Assembly: GCA_013239625.1 (NCBI GenBank)
Contig: MU054187.1
Location: 19,522,711-19,586,710 of the forward strand
Direction of reading: 5' to 3'
DNA from: Lama guanicoe
Lineage: Eukaryota
DNA length: 64,000 nucleotides
The notes beneath the pieces are model-generated. The model was not told the origin of the DNA, did not search any database, and worked only from the letters and a program-made list of their open reading frames with translations. Positions 12,909 through 26,659 of the stretch are shown piece after piece. Each line of letters opens with the position of its first letter. Position 1 is the stretch's first letter. Both the position numbers and the translations under genes were made by a program.

Positions 12909-13519
12909 TTTTGCAGGTAAAGTGTTCGTCTCAGTTGGGTACTGTATTTCTCCTTTTCAGTTTTCCTACACTTTCTGTTTTTGACTTTCCTCTTAGACCT
13001 GCTTCTAATGTGACTGGCTTGATCCTTGAGGGCTTTGGCTGTGGAAAACGGAACTAGAAAGGGGTGCGCTCCATGGAGTTAACCCAGTGCAATGAGGTTT
13101 CCTCTCGGTATCACGCTATTATTACTGAATGGTCGTGCTCACCTCTTGTGTCCTCTTCCTGTGAATGTCAACTTCAGATTTTTTAACTTATAATAAATGA
13201 TCAAATTTAACTATTCAGTAAATCTTCTTTCCAGACTGATTCCTAAATGTTGTTGTCTGTTTACAGGGCAGCCATCTCCACATCTTTGTTATTACTTCCA
13301 ATGCTCTCCGGACTGTCTGAAGCACAGGTGTCTCTTCTCTGATAAATGTCAGAACTGAGTGAATAAACTTGGCCTCCAGTGGATAAAGAGAGAGACACTT
13401 AGGGTAATCAAAATTTATCAATGGTTTGGCCAATTTATGAATTATCAAAAGGAATTATCCTCTGTGGCCAAAGAGATCAGAGTAGATAATATCATTTAAA
13501 ATGAGGGACTATGGATAAT

Positions 13520-13730
13520 AAAAAGTATTGTACATTTGAAAGTTGCTAAGAGAGTAGAGCTTAAAAATTCTTATCACAAGGAAAAAAATTGTAACTATAT
13601 GTGGCAATGGATCTCAGTTAAACTTACTGTGGTGATCATTTTGCAGTATACACATCTATCAAATCATTATGCTGTATACTTGCAACTAATATAAAGTTAT
13701 ATGTCAATTACATCTAATTAAAAATAAAAT
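13520..13730 (+). mobile_element. L1 (L1MA-like) 3' end
   Basis: 'gaaagttgctaagagagtagagcttaaaaattcttatcac..tgtggtgatcattttgcagtatacac..tatgtcaatta' followed by an A-rich tail. Confidence 0.85.
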
Positions 13731-14982
13731 AGAATGTGGGAATATAACTACAGAAAAAGTTGGTAATGAAATATCATAAATGTTGAAAGGAAAGCTTGCT
13801 TCAATTGAAGTAGGCTATCAAGTTAAAGAAGAAAAAAATAGTCTATTTAAACTATTTAAATGTATGAAAGATATTTTAGAAACAGAATTATCTCCAAAAT
13901 TTATTCATCCAAATGTTTCTATTTTATGGATGAGGTTACTGAGACAAAAGGAAGGAGGCTGCAAACACCCATGAAATTAATCATAAACCTCTTGGGAAAA
14001 TAACTTCTATTTTTGCCATTATTGAATAATGGTCATCTGTAAACAAAAGATTTTTATCAGATTCTCACAAAGAGATACAAATGATTAAAAATAGTGTGAA
14101 TTATTTATTAATTTAAAACCTATATTAATGTAAATTCTGGAGCAAATCCCTAAACTCCTAAAAATGAAGGGAAAGGATTATCCATAAAAAAGACATAGTT
14201 CAGAGGGTGAAATGGATATTTAAATATAATATTTTCCTTTTACGCATGCAAAAGAGTGGTCAGTATTTAAGTATGGTTATCTAACTACTGATATGTAAAA
14301 GCAAAAAAGAAAAAAATTCTAAAAACAAACCTTTTTTTTTTTCATCATTTATTTCCTACACTCTCAACTTTTCATGGTTTGGTGGGCAAGATATAAAATT
14401 TGGGGGTTAAATCTAACGAGGAAACTCACTAGTTTGGCCATCAGGGCTGAAGCCAGGGCATCTATTGGCTACAAATTACAGGTTGCATTTAGTCCCATTT
14501 ATTTCTCCAATAGTTTCTTTTCAATCTGTTCCTCCAAAAGAGAGTTTGGAAAATAGTTCATCTGCTTCTGTTGGTTATGGGGCATTTTCTTTCTTGCTTT
14601 GATTGGATAGTAAAGACAACAATCGCCATGATCAACTTAAACAAGATCACAGACAATCTAACCATGAAGCTAAAATGATTGCTGACCTTTTGTCATTTCT
14701 GCATCTTCCACAAAATGACCTTCAGCTTGATAAGTTCACTGAGAAAGTCAATAACAATTCCTGTCATTGCTTTGTATCCCTGATCAATGTGTTCAGGAAA
14801 CAGCTGATGTGACTCAGGCCAGTGCACGAAAGATACTGTTCCTGGTTTTTCCAAAGGGCACCTCTGTCACTTTTGCTGCTGTAGACATCTATCTTTTTTT
14901 TGCTTTTAAGATTCCTAAATTAAAATTGAAGACTTTATGAAAAGTTATTATTATTATAAGGTGATATGAGATATAGTATTTC

Positions 14983-15185
14983 TTCTGTATAGCACAAGGA
15001 ACTATATTCAATATCTTGTAGTAATCTATAATGAAAAAGAATATGAAAACAAATGTATGTATGCATACACATGACTGAAACATTATGCTGTACACCAGAA
15101 ATTGACACATTGTAAACTGACTATACTTCAATTAAAAAAGAAAACAGAAAACAAAACAAAAGAAACAAAATATTAAAAAGAAAAA
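14983..15185 (+). mobile_element. 5'-truncated cetartiodactyl/camelid L1 3' end
   Basis: 'gtatagcacaaggaactatattcaatatcttgta..gctgtacaccagaaattgacacattgtaaactgactatacttca' plus A-rich tail. Confidence 0.9.
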
Positions 15186-16109
15186 GATATAATAGTCTTT
15201 AAAATGAATTACCACATTCTTAACAAATATTACTGGGATGGAAAAATAAGGAAAGAAACAGTAACAAAAAATATGAACAGAAGGGATTTTGTAGGATCTG
15301 TAGTTGGTTTGTTCATTCTCTCTCTCTCTCCCCACCCCTCTTTCTTTTTCCTCCTTCCCTTCTTCCTTCCTTCCTGGTTACAGAATGATTTTGTAATGGC
15401 AGGACATGCTCTGGAAACATCTCAAATGCTTGAAAAGATTAACATGAGGAACAGGCTGGCAGCTTGCTGGATTCATTTGAAAAAACAAATACTAAGCAAA
15501 AAGCAAATAATATGGGATAAACAACCAAAAATGACCACTAGCTGGTTCTCAAAGTAAAATTTCTTATTTAATTGAAGACTGGTATTAATTGAACTAATTC
15601 TTTGACACAGAAGGGCAATTTTCAAGCTGTTAAAGTATGCACTCTCTGGAGGGATTCTAAAGAGCTTATGACCTTATTTGAACAGTTAAAATACTCAGTA
15701 CATAATCAATAACATGTTCTTCCAGGAAAGAATTTCACTTAAATCCAGTTAAAGTAGACTTTAATATTCATAAGAGGATAGAATTTCTATCTGAACAAAT
15801 CTATCATGCAGAGTGTTGTGGCAAGAATTAAATAAAACCCAGGAGCTTAATATTTTACCGGAAATTTTTCTTGCAAAAAGTCAATATAAAAATAGAAATA
15901 ATTTTATGTTTCAGTTCATAGAAATGAGCTTATAAAATTTTCAAACCATAAATGTTAAGGTACATTCACAGAAAAAGAGGAAATAAAAAGAATCATGAGG
16001 GTTTTTTTTTCTTCTTTGTTTGTTTAACTCTATACAAATACCTTTGGGAATCTGGATAACATAAGAATAATATCTTGAAAAATAGAACTTACTAAAACTC
16101 AACCAAAAC

Positions 16110-17040
16110 ATTTTTAAAAACTGGGCAGATAGATTTCCAAAGAAGAAACAAAACAAAGTAGTCCAAAGATTGCTTTCATTTCTTCAAATGTTTTCCCAGG
16201 AGAATTCTATGAAATCTTTAGAGACAATATAATTCCAGTGTTATTTAAATTGTTTCAGATTACAGAAAAAAAAAGAAAAGAAAGCCCCTAAGTGAATTTC
16301 ATTAAGCAAGTAAAACATTTATACCAAAGGAATGACAAGGTCACAAACAAGGAAATCTATAGAACAATCTCATTTATTAAGAAACTTCAAAATCCAAAAT
16401 AAAATATTAGCAAATAAAACTCAGTAATTCCTGAGAGGAGATCAAGATCAAAATCAATAAGGAAACAGTGGTCTCAAATGACACATTAGATCAACTGGAC
16501 TTAAAGATAACTACAAGACATTGCACCAGAAAACAGCAGAAGACACATTCATTTCAAATGCACATGGAAGTTCTCCAGGATGGATAACATGCTGTGCCAC
16601 AAAGTCTCAACAAATTTAAGAGGAAAAAAATTATATCAAGCATTTTTTTCCTGATGATGTGAAACTAGAAATAAATTATAGGAAGAAAATCAGGAAAAGC
16701 AAAAACACGTGGAAACTAAGCACCTGGCTACTGTAGAGCCAGTAAGTCAATGAAGAAATCAAATTGGAAATCAGAAAATACCTCAAAACAAATAAAAACA
16801 GAAACATAACCTTCCAAAATTTATGAGTTGCAGCAAAAGCAGTTGTAAGAGAGAAGTTTATAGCAATACAGGCTTACCTCAGAAAAACAACAACAATCTC
16901 AAGTAAGTTTACCAGCTAAAGAAATTAGAAATAGAGGAAAAAAATCCCAAAGTTAGCAGAAGAAAGGAAATAAAGATCAGGGAGGAAATAAATAAAATAA
17001 AGACCAAAAAAAAAAAATAGAAATGTCAATAAAATAAAAA
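16110..17040 (+). mobile_element. L1 ORF2 remnants (two abutting fragments)
   Basis: Degenerate ORF2 text 'aaacagcagaagacacattc..tcaaatgcacatggaag', 'gcagcaaaagcagttgtaagagagaagtttatagcaatacaggc'; frameshifted. Confidence 0.85.
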
Positions 17041-17394
17041 GCAGATTTTTTTTTTTGGTAAAGCTTAGCTTTTCTTAAGAGATTTCTATGAGGACAATTG
17101 ATGTCAAATATTCTCCCTAATTGTAAATTAAAGAAACAGGTGAATTACTTTCCAAAGTTATCCAGGAGTTGGATGATGCAGCCAATGCTAAGTTATTTCC
17201 TGGTCCTCTGTTTTGCCTGGAGAACAGGTTTTAGTCCTTTATTTTTGTGTATTGCTTTGACACATACAATAAACAATTCTCACATGTTCTACATATCCCC
17301 ACATGCATATTCATGATGTGTCCAACTGGTGGTTCTCTATCGAATCTCCTTTCCTACCGCTCACAAAAGTCTGAGCAGGCTTGTGAGTGAGAGG

Positions 17395-17640
17395 TGGTGT
17401 AGGATCAAGGTTAAGAGTCAGACCTTTCAGCTACATAGGTCTGGGCTTCAGTCTAGGCTCTGACCTCTGTGACTATAAGAATCTGGGGCAAATTGGTTAA
17501 CCTCTTCGAGGCCCAATTTTCTTATCTGTCAAACGGGGACGATAAAACAGATCTTAGCGATTTAATGAGAACAGAATCAGCTGTGTATAAAGTTCTTAGC
17601 ACTTTTGACACATAATACACATTCAGTGAATGGTCGATTT
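17395..17640 (+). mobile_element. MIR SINE
   Basis: 'ggggcaaattggttaacctcttcgaggcccaattttcttatctgtcaaacgggga' MIR core. Confidence 0.7.
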
Positions 17641-19734
17641 TAAATTGTTTTGTTCTCATTTATTTAAATATTTCTCATTTGGGGATTTGAACTCTATTTT
17701 AGTGATAAATCCCTAATAACACAACCTCCTGATGGATCTTGACACGGCGGTGGGTGATGACACCACTTTCTAGACGATGCATCTTTAAAAGAGTTACTTA
17801 GCTGGAGACACTGAGTTCCTTCGGGCAGGCTTGTCTCCTCCAGATTCAGGTGAGCCCAGGAGAGAGGTGCAGAGCGCAGCAAGCATGTGGGGTGGCCCCT
17901 CTGCTACGGACCCCCCGAAGTCGTCAAAGTGGAAATGTGGAGTAGACTGCAGTCAGTGGTCCCTTTTCAATAAGGCTTTTGAAAATAACAATCTTTCTTA
18001 TTAGGGCACCATTCTGGGGTTAATAAGTACCATACAAGCACCTAAGACATTCTTGCCTTTATTTTTATAATTATTGAAATATCACTGATTCTAGAATTAA
18101 TGAGAGTAATACTCAAAAATGTTTAGAAAGTCAAATCTTTGGCTTCATTTAGAGCTACATTCATGTCCCCAGTCCTTCACTTACTAAGTATAAATCCTGA
18201 AGTTGTTTGACTTCTCTGGATGTCTTTTCACAGTTGCACAATGGAAATAATAATAAAACCTACCTCATAGGTAGTGGGTTTGAGGATCAAATGAGACCAT
18301 AGATGTAAAATGTTTAGTACAGAACCTGTCACCCCTTAAGGACTCAAACAATCATAACACTCATCTTTTTCTCACTTGACATCACTTCTTTGGGTCTCCT
18401 ATTTATTTCATTTTGAAATATTCCTATTTTTATACCTATGGTTATCCCACACTTGCATTTTTTGATCCCTTGTGGTCAAAGAAATTGTGTCTACAGCAAA
18501 GAAATCTCAACTGTGGGATGAAACAGACTTGGAAGGATGACAGAGGACCTAGTGTTTGGATTTCTTGGAGGAGTCTAAACTGGGACGTCGGTCAGGAATT
18601 GCTAGCAATGCTGGGAGGGGATCTGACCAAAGGGAAAGGACTGTAGGGTTCAGAAAGGAGAGAAAAGAGGTTCTGGCTACTTCTTAATTCAGAGTTCTCA
18701 TTAACAGTCACCAGGAGCAGAGGAGCTGGAAGTGTTCTGAGAGACTTCCAATTTGTGCAAGAGAAAGCTTTTCTGAGGAAATGGGGCTCAAGCCTCCCCA
18801 CCGTGCCTGCAAATGTCAGCAGGTTGCTTGGTTCGTACGCCTCTAATCCTGATTATAGTTTGGCATTTATAAACTGCCATCTGCCCACATGCTTTATCCC
18901 AACCCTTATAACAGTGTGATTTTAATAATGACACTGGGATGTTTTTAGATGAGATAAATGGTAAGAGTAAATTGCTCCTTTGAATTAAAGAACACATGCT
19001 ATAAAGATTAGCAATGCCAAGCAGTTTATAATGTACCTCGTTCCTAAGGGACAATCCCACAGACATTTTTACAGTCAATTACAATGAATCCGAAGTACCA
19101 CCAAGAATTGTCTCATTCCTCACTTTTTCTACATCCATTAATGCTGTCCTCACTTTCAATAGAACTGAGTGACTGCCTTTTGTTCAGCTTGCTCAACAAA
19201 GCAATTGCAGACCAAACCAGTTCCTGGAAGAATTCAGCCAGCTGCTAGAAAACTCAGTAATGTTGCAGGATATTGGACACAAAACCTGTGATTTCTGGAA
19301 CTGTCAGGAAAATCGTCCAAAAATGTAACAGCAGATTGTGACCTAAACCACTACTCAGCACCCTGTCTTTTTTAACATTGTGTCTCTTAGCTTCTAATTT
19401 ATTCCTCTTTGCTCTTTCACTTACATCCTTCCAATTGCCTCAGAAAAACACACTTACACACTCACACATGCGCCTTAATATTTGCACATTGACTATATTT
19501 CTCTATCCCTGCTTCAGTCCTCCTCCTTTGCTTAAAAAAAAAAAGGAAGATAAGCTTTAGGCATCAGATCACTATGATAATTTTCTTCCTTGATATTTAA
19601 CTTATTACTGATAATTATGCATTAATTAATAGTTTAGGAAATTAACAACTTCATATAAAAGAAGTTACTCTGTGGGGTTAATAAAGATCATACAAGGCAC
19701 AGGAAATGCAATGAAGCTAAAGAAATCCTTGTTT

Positions 19735-19875
19735 CTTTTTGTTTTAATGGAAGTATAGTCAGTTTACAATGTGTCAGTTTCTGGTGTACAGCATAATATT
19801 TCAGTCATACCTATACATACATATATCTGGTTTCATATTCTTTTTCATAATGCATATACTGAATATAGTTCCCTA
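19735..19875 (-). mobile_element. Camelid-type L1 3' end fragment
   Basis: Reverse complement of the same 3' end as 14983-15185. Confidence 0.85.
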
Positions 19876-20120
19876 GTCTTAGAAAGGTTGTCTATTTTAA
19901 TTCTCCCTAAGCTATAAATCCCTGTGAAAGTGGATATCATGTCTACTTTTTCCATCACTGCATTGTTAACACTTAGAATAGTGCCCATTCTCAGGCAAGG
20001 ACTCAATAAATATTTACAAAGGGAGTGATTCCATGGAGCACCTGCGATGCATCAAGCACTGAGTTAGGTCCTGAATAAGATGATGCCTCAACACTAAAGA
20101 CTTCACAGTCTATAAAGAGT

Positions 20121-20213
20121 GGGGGAGGGTATAGCTCAGTGGTAGAGCGAATGCCTACCAAGCATGAGGTCCTGGGTTCAATCCCCAGTATCTCTATTTA
20201 AAAAAAAAAAAAA
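20121..20213 (+). mobile_element. tRNA-derived SINE (Vic-1-like, camelid)
   Basis: GGGGGAGGGTATAGCTCAGTGGTAGAG (A box), GGGTTCAATCCCC (B box), poly(A) tail and TSD-like aaagag. Confidence 0.9.
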
Positions 20214-21228
20214 GAGCTGTGGGAGCACAGATGAGGAGCCATGGAAAACACTCAGGGCATAATGTGAAGAGAATCTGAAAAAAAATTGTGCTCATGTGTA
20301 GTGGGCAGATTGTGAGCGGAGAGATGAAAAAGTCTTGGATACACTTCTTCTGGGTCTGTGAACTGAGCTTGGAATGGTGATACTGGAGCTGGAATGAAAA
20401 CTATGACTGAAAAATTAACCATTGGACCGATAGATGCACTCGGATAGCTTACAGGTAATGTTGAAGCACAAGATACTTTCCCCTTTCAACATTCTTGCTA
20501 GGAAAATTAAGCAAAGAGAAGTTGCTGACTTTTGCATTCAATTAATGTGCTTGGCTGTAGAGGGCTTGTGTACTGGAGACACTAATGGAGTTAGCAATAA
20601 CCAGATAAAGAATGGGTTCGGCCAGCTATCTGATGGGCTGTTACATGACCTTAACATTGGATTAGGCTTTGTTTTTCAGAGCAGCTGCTGATTTCTCACG
20701 AGGTAGAGTGTATCTCATGATGCTTTTCTGAGTGGAGCTCTTTGTAGAAAGTAATGACTTTCAGTAATTAAAATATCTGATGAATATCAAAACCATCAGG
20801 ACAGTAACTTGCACAAACAAAACAGGGGAGCCTAAGAAGGACCACATTTTCCCATGTCTAAGCCAGAGAGGGGAGTTTCAGATTTGTAAGAGCTAAGCCC
20901 TTGGCTGCTTGAATAAGCTTGGTATTGCCTAAGTTGCTAAATGAAGAAAGTCCTTTAAGGAGAAGAAAAAGGAAAGAGTGGTTTGCTAAGTAAAATATTT
21001 TTAATTTGCTTTTTTTTTTCCCCCGAAGTGGTCAGTATTTCTGAAAAAAAATCCAAGGAAAAATGTCAGTAACTAGAAAAATCAATGCTTGGGTGTTCTT
21101 GTATCTTTTTGCAGGATACGATATACAAGGCTGGCCTCGAGCTTCAGACTCTCTGAGGCATGGTTTATTAGTTAACAGTGGGGCGGGGCACACTCAAAGA
21201 CTTTGGGCCTGAAAATAGACCCTCATCT

Positions 21229-21438
21229 TTATTTTTTTAATTTTAAAGTCAGTTACAATGTTTCAATTTCTGGTATACAGTGTAATGTCCCAGTCATACA
21301 TATGCAAATATTTATTTTCATATTCTTTTTCATTAAAGGTTATTACAAGATACTGAATATAGTTCCCTGTGCTATAGAGAAGAAATTTGGGTTTTATCTG
21401 TTTTTATATATGGTAGTTAATATTTGCAAATCTTGAAC
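21229..21438 (-). mobile_element. Camelid-type L1 3' end with 13-bp TSD
   Basis: Flanked by tagaccctcatct (21216-21228) and tagatcctcatct (21439-21451). Confidence 0.9.
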
Positions 21439-21916
21439 TAGATCCTCATCTATAAAGATGAAGAGAGTTGTTGAGGAAGAACTAAACATCCAAGCTGAGA
21501 GACAGAAGAGGATGTTAAGGCAATAAGAACACCCAGATATCTGAGGATTCTGTCCTCTTTGTCTTCTTGTCCCTATGATACTACAAAATTCTCAGTCCAT
21601 ATACAAGACAGTGAAAAATGATTTTCCGGCTAAATGAAAATCAGGGGATCAAGGATCCTATGTGCAAGTACACTGCAATGATGGGAACGTTTAGGAATAG
21701 AGATGCTCTGAAGATCAGGATGTTGGAATTAGGGAAAATTCTGTTCGGAGACAATGGAAAACAAACCTAGGTAGGAGTTCAGGGTCAGGATCCAAATCTC
21801 AAGGGAACGGGACTAGACCTAAAGGTGCTGATATTGAAGGAAAGTTGCCAAAGCAAAATGCAGGCCTACCCAATAAGGCAAAAGCCAGTTTATCAGGCCT
21901 GTGTAACTAAATCGTG

Positions 21917-22400
21917 CATTCATTCAACAACTGATTATTGAATGACAGGCACGCTACTAAGTGCCAAGAACAAACAAAAAAAGACAAAAGATTCCTATTC
22001 TCATGTAGCGGGAAAATAAGAAATAGAGGGAAAAAAGGTAAGGAAAATATATATCATGTTACATGATATTAGATACTTTAAAGAAAAATAAAGCAAGAAG
22101 GGGAACAGTAAACTTTGGAAAAGGTTGTGATCTTAGATGGGGTGGTCAGGGAAGACATCACTATGGTGACAACTGGATAAAGACAAAGAGGAGAAGACAG
22201 ATGAAAACAAGACACAAATACCTGGAGGAGGAGCAGCTCAGAAGATGGAAGCAAAGAGAACAGCAGGTGCAAAGGCTCTGAGGCTGGAGAGGAAAGCGGG
22301 GAGGCTTGTGTGGCTTGTGGGAGCCATCAGGTGGGCAAGTAGTAGGAGATGAGATCAGAGAGGCGAGCGGAGGGCCCGCATGCGGGCAGATTACACAGGA
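21917..22400 (-). mobile_element. L2 LINE 3' portion
   Basis: 'cattcattcaacaa..tattgaatg' terminus; 'gtggtcagggaagacatc', 'gcaaaggctctgaggc', 'ggagatgagatcagagagg'. Confidence 0.8.
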
Positions 22401-22510
22401 CTTTGTGGAATTGGACTAAAGGTGCTAAAATCTTGCTTCTCCAAGATCAGAATTGTTCAAGATCAAGGCCAGGCTGAACCTACTGGGATCCATCGATTAA
22501 AAGCACTTCT

Positions 22511-23005
22511 GTCAGCCATAAGAAAAAATGAAATAATGCCATTTGCAGCAACATGGATGGGCCTAGAGACCATCCAGGGAAGTCAATCAGACAGAGAAAA
22601 ACCAGTAAGATATCACTTATATGTGGAATCTAAAATAAAATGACACAAATGAACTTATTTACAGAACAGAAATAGACACACAGACATAGAAAACAAACGG
22701 TTACCAAAGGGGAAAGGGATTGGGGAGGGATAAATTAGGAGTTTGGGATTAACAGGTACGCACTACTATATATAAAAATAAATAACACGGACCTATTGTA
22801 TAGCACAGGGAACTATATTCAATACCTTGTAATAACCTATTATGGAAAGGAATCTGAAAAATATATATATATGTAAAAATATAACTGAATATATATATAT
22901 AAATATATATATATAACTGAATCACTTTGCTGTACACTTGAAACTAATACATTGGAAATCAACTATACATCAATATTAATTAATTAATTAATTAATTAAT
23001 TAATT
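22511..23005 (+). mobile_element. Cetartiodactyl L1 3' end with (TTAA)n tail
   Basis: End of ORF2 (..KNEIMPFAATWMGLE..) plus 3' UTR; flanked by agcacttc at 22502-22509 and 23016-23023. Confidence 0.9.
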
Positions 23006-24719
23006 ATCTTCCCCTAGCACTTCATTGAGGGGTGAAGAAGTTGAGGACCAGGTAGGTAATCCTCAGGGGGAAAAGTGCACAGGAAGCAAAATGTGTCATC
23101 AGCACCCTCCCCTTCATCTGGGGTTCCTCTCCTGCTACACTCTGCTCAGTCCCCCAAGGAATACATGGTCTGTTCTCTTTCTGTAGAAAACTAAAGCATT
23201 TGCTTTGCTGGCTTTAAGCAAAGGTTATTTAAATCAAGAGGAGGGCAGACTAAGAAGTCCTCAGCGAAGGAATCTAAGGATGGGAGGAGAAACATTGGAG
23301 CTGGCGGGTTTGGGCGCGGATCTGATTGTCTGTAGCTTCTTCACTAATGGGCAACTCCCTGTGTCAGCACTAACTGATGTCTAAACAAAGCTCCCATTTT
23401 TAAAATGAATCCCTCGCTCTCTTTATGTGAGTATATTTATATGAACTGTGTTGAAGGAAAATTCCTCATGTGATTCAACCTTTAAAGAAGGATAGTAAAA
23501 ATAAAGTGAAGTCTACATTTAAGTAAAACATTACTGATCTCCTATCTTCTAACTCTGGGCTTCCATTACCCAGCTTCTAAACCAGTTTCCGGGCAAGATC
23601 TAAATGCTAAAAGGAACTTCCGGAACTAGATGCACGATGAAGACATTTATAGACCCACCTCTATTTGCATAGAGTGACTGGCCTTGTTCATTTGTAATTA
23701 TTTCAAAATCTTGAGCACCCCCTTTTTTTCAGCCAGGATATAGTCCTGTCTCTTCACATACATGACAGGCAGCAAAGGAGTGGTATATAATGTACAGGCG
23801 CTTTGGTTTTTTTTTTTTCCCCTGGAAAATATTACCTCTTGAGTTGGGGAAAGGCTCAGAACTCTCTAGGAATTAAGTTATATCCTATTTCATATTCATC
23901 ATAAGCCAAATCCAGGCTTCCCTGAGTCTCAGTTTGGTTGCTCAGCCACTGCTTAGCACAGCTAGTTTGTCAAACAGGGCATTGTGCAGTCTACACAGAA
24001 ACAAAAAGCTTTTGGATGTGGGCAGTTCTCACGGGAGCTCATTGAATTTATTGTGATATTTCTCTTTATGCAGAAAAGAACCAGATTAGTATCTGATAAT
24101 AGATCAGCACATTTATAAATGCTGAATGCTGAGCTGTGGGGCAACATGTGATTGGATACAGAATTTGTCATTATTTTTGCTTTATTGTGTCAGCCACGAG
24201 GACAGGGAGAGGTTTTGAGGCTCTGATCTCATCTGTAGGGGCCTGGGGCAGCAGCACAACAGGTAGGGGTGGACCCGTTCTGGGGTAGACACAGCAGACC
24301 CACATGGAGAGGTTGGGCAGGCAGGTGTTGGCGCTCAGTGTGTACGTTCAGAGCAGAGGGTGGAGGATGCAGGACGCATGTACCTTTGTGGGTTAACCTT
24401 TCTCAAGGTGACAGGTGTTCCTACCTCCCCAGGGGCAAGAAATCCACACAGTGGGGGAGGTATGGTGAAGATGACACCGTGTTTGGGAAGGAAAGAGCTG
24501 TTCTGGGAATTGTACAGGAGGCAAGTGTCACAGCTACTGATTCTGGGTGTTTAACTGAATGATCAGGTTGAAAATCAGGGCAACCTAAGTGATCAAGGGA
24601 CAAATGATTAGTCACTCAGAGGCAAGAGGAGTCTGGTTTCCCTGGAAATGAGTTAGACCAACCAAATGTGTAAAACAATACTTGTGGTTTGTACGCTGTA
24701 AAAACAAAACAAGACAAGA

Positions 24720-25272
24720 CACACACACTTTTATTGAAATATACGGAGAAAAGTGCACATTTAATAAGGATACAGTGAGAGGAATATTTCCAAATTGAGC
24801 CACTTATGTAATCAGTATCCAGAACAAGAAACAACATTAACAGGACATCCCTTGGACCCCTTTCCAGTCATTACAACTCCTCGCTTCTAATCATATCCAT
24901 CAGTTTTCATTGCTTTGACATTTAATGCAAATGGGCTCACACAGTATGTAATCCTTTGTGCTTGGCTTCTTTCACTCAACATTATTTTTGTGGGATTCAT
25001 CCATTATGTTGAGTGTTGTTTATTCTTTCTGCCACAGAGTATTCCATCATATGACTAGAGCACAGATTGTATATCCATTCTACTCTGTAGGAATATTTGG
25101 GAAGTTTCTAAACTTTATTTATAACAGTGCTTTCGTGAGCATTCCACTACATTCTTTTGATGAATACATATATGCGTTTCAGTTGGGTATATACCCAAGA
25201 ATGGAAAGACTAAGTCATAATAAAGTGTAAGTTCAGCTTTGGCCATTTTTCTAAAGTTTGTTTGCACCAATT
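24720..25272 (-). mobile_element. Old L1 (L1ME/MD-like) 3' fragment
   Basis: 'cttggcttctttcactcaacattatttttgtgggattcatccat', 'gttgggtatatacccaagaatggaa'. Confidence 0.8.
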
Positions 25273-26659
25273 TTTGTCTCTTTTTGAAAATGTGAGTGGC
25301 ACAAAGATGTCCACTTAGCTCTTGCCTGAAAGACTTCCTTTCTTCCTTCTGGTCTCACAGTGTCTATGTTGTGGGTTTCTGCCAAGTCCCCAGAAGTGAA
25401 AATTGTGGAGTAAAAGAAAAGGGGAAATTAGGGAATAGGCCTGAGAATTAAGTAATTACCTGGGATTGTCATACAACTTGGGTCCCCAAGCCCCTTTAGT
25501 TCTTTTTCTCTATCCAAATACCAGCCCCTACTCTTCTTTCACCCTAATTCTCACTTTCCCCAAAGCTCCCAACCGCCCCTAGGTTCCTACACCAGGTCAT
25601 AGAAGGTGGGTCTCAGGGAGCCTTGTGCATTGGAAGCTGGTCCTGCATTATCTGATGTTCGGCCATGTTGTCATATTTTCTCAAGGAAATAGTGTTAGGG
25701 GACTGCGTTGAATTCTACAGTTGGGATAGTAACATATTGGTTAATAAGCCCTTTTAGGCTGTCCGTAATCTCACCTGCATGTACCACATTGTACCTATAG
25801 GAAAAGCAATTTCAACAACTGACTATTTCTTTTAAGTACTGGGAACCCAGTTGGATCATAAATTGAGAATCCCTGTACTTGTACCTCAAACTTAGGTATT
25901 CTTGATTTCTACTAATTAGGAGCCACAAAATAAATTAGTGGCCTTTGGGAGGCTGTCTTTCTAATGAGGGCCAATTGTACAAAAAGCTGTGTGATCAGAT
26001 GTGAGAACACATTCTGGGAGCATTCAGAAGAGAAGGCAACGTCTGTACTGTCCTTGACTGTAGGACGGGGGCTAAGATCAGCACCTGGGCTGGTCTCTGA
26101 TTACATAGATTTATGTATTAGCCTCCTGCCCTTAATCTCATTTCTTGTACAGAGAAGGGAGCTCCAACTGTAAGGTTTTCAACTGTTTTCCCATAGAAAG
26201 CGGTCCCTTAGGACACTGAGCAAGGCATGCCTTCCCCCAGGTTAGAGCCCGCATGCTGAATATTGGCATAAGTACACATGCCAGGCTTACTTGATAAACC
26301 ACAGTACTGAAGAGGCCACAACCGCATTGAATGTTTATTTTATTAAAATCTCCACTGCTGCAGCTTCTATTGGATTACCCTAATGTTTAACAGTAAAGTT
26401 ATATAACTCAGTTAACTGCTGACCTCCAATTATTTAAAAAAAAAATCTACTAAACAAAGCGACTCAATTGTGTCTAAGTTGAACAGACCCGTGACCACTT
26501 CTGACTCACCGGAGAAGACTGCTGACTGGGAGTTTGTGCATGCTTCGGAATGAACGTTTAAAATAAGATAATCTTATGTTTAAATTTTACATTCTATGTC
26601 CACTGTTAGTCCTAATTATATCTGTCTATTATCTTGCATTAAAAGATATCCTCTGGGGG

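Noticed and set aside
20121..20190. tRNA-like sequences (also at 46.9, 49.9, 54.2, 54.4 and 63.0 kb)
   Set aside because: They have A and B boxes but also poly(A) tails, TSDs and divergent stems, so they are SINEs rather than tRNA genes.
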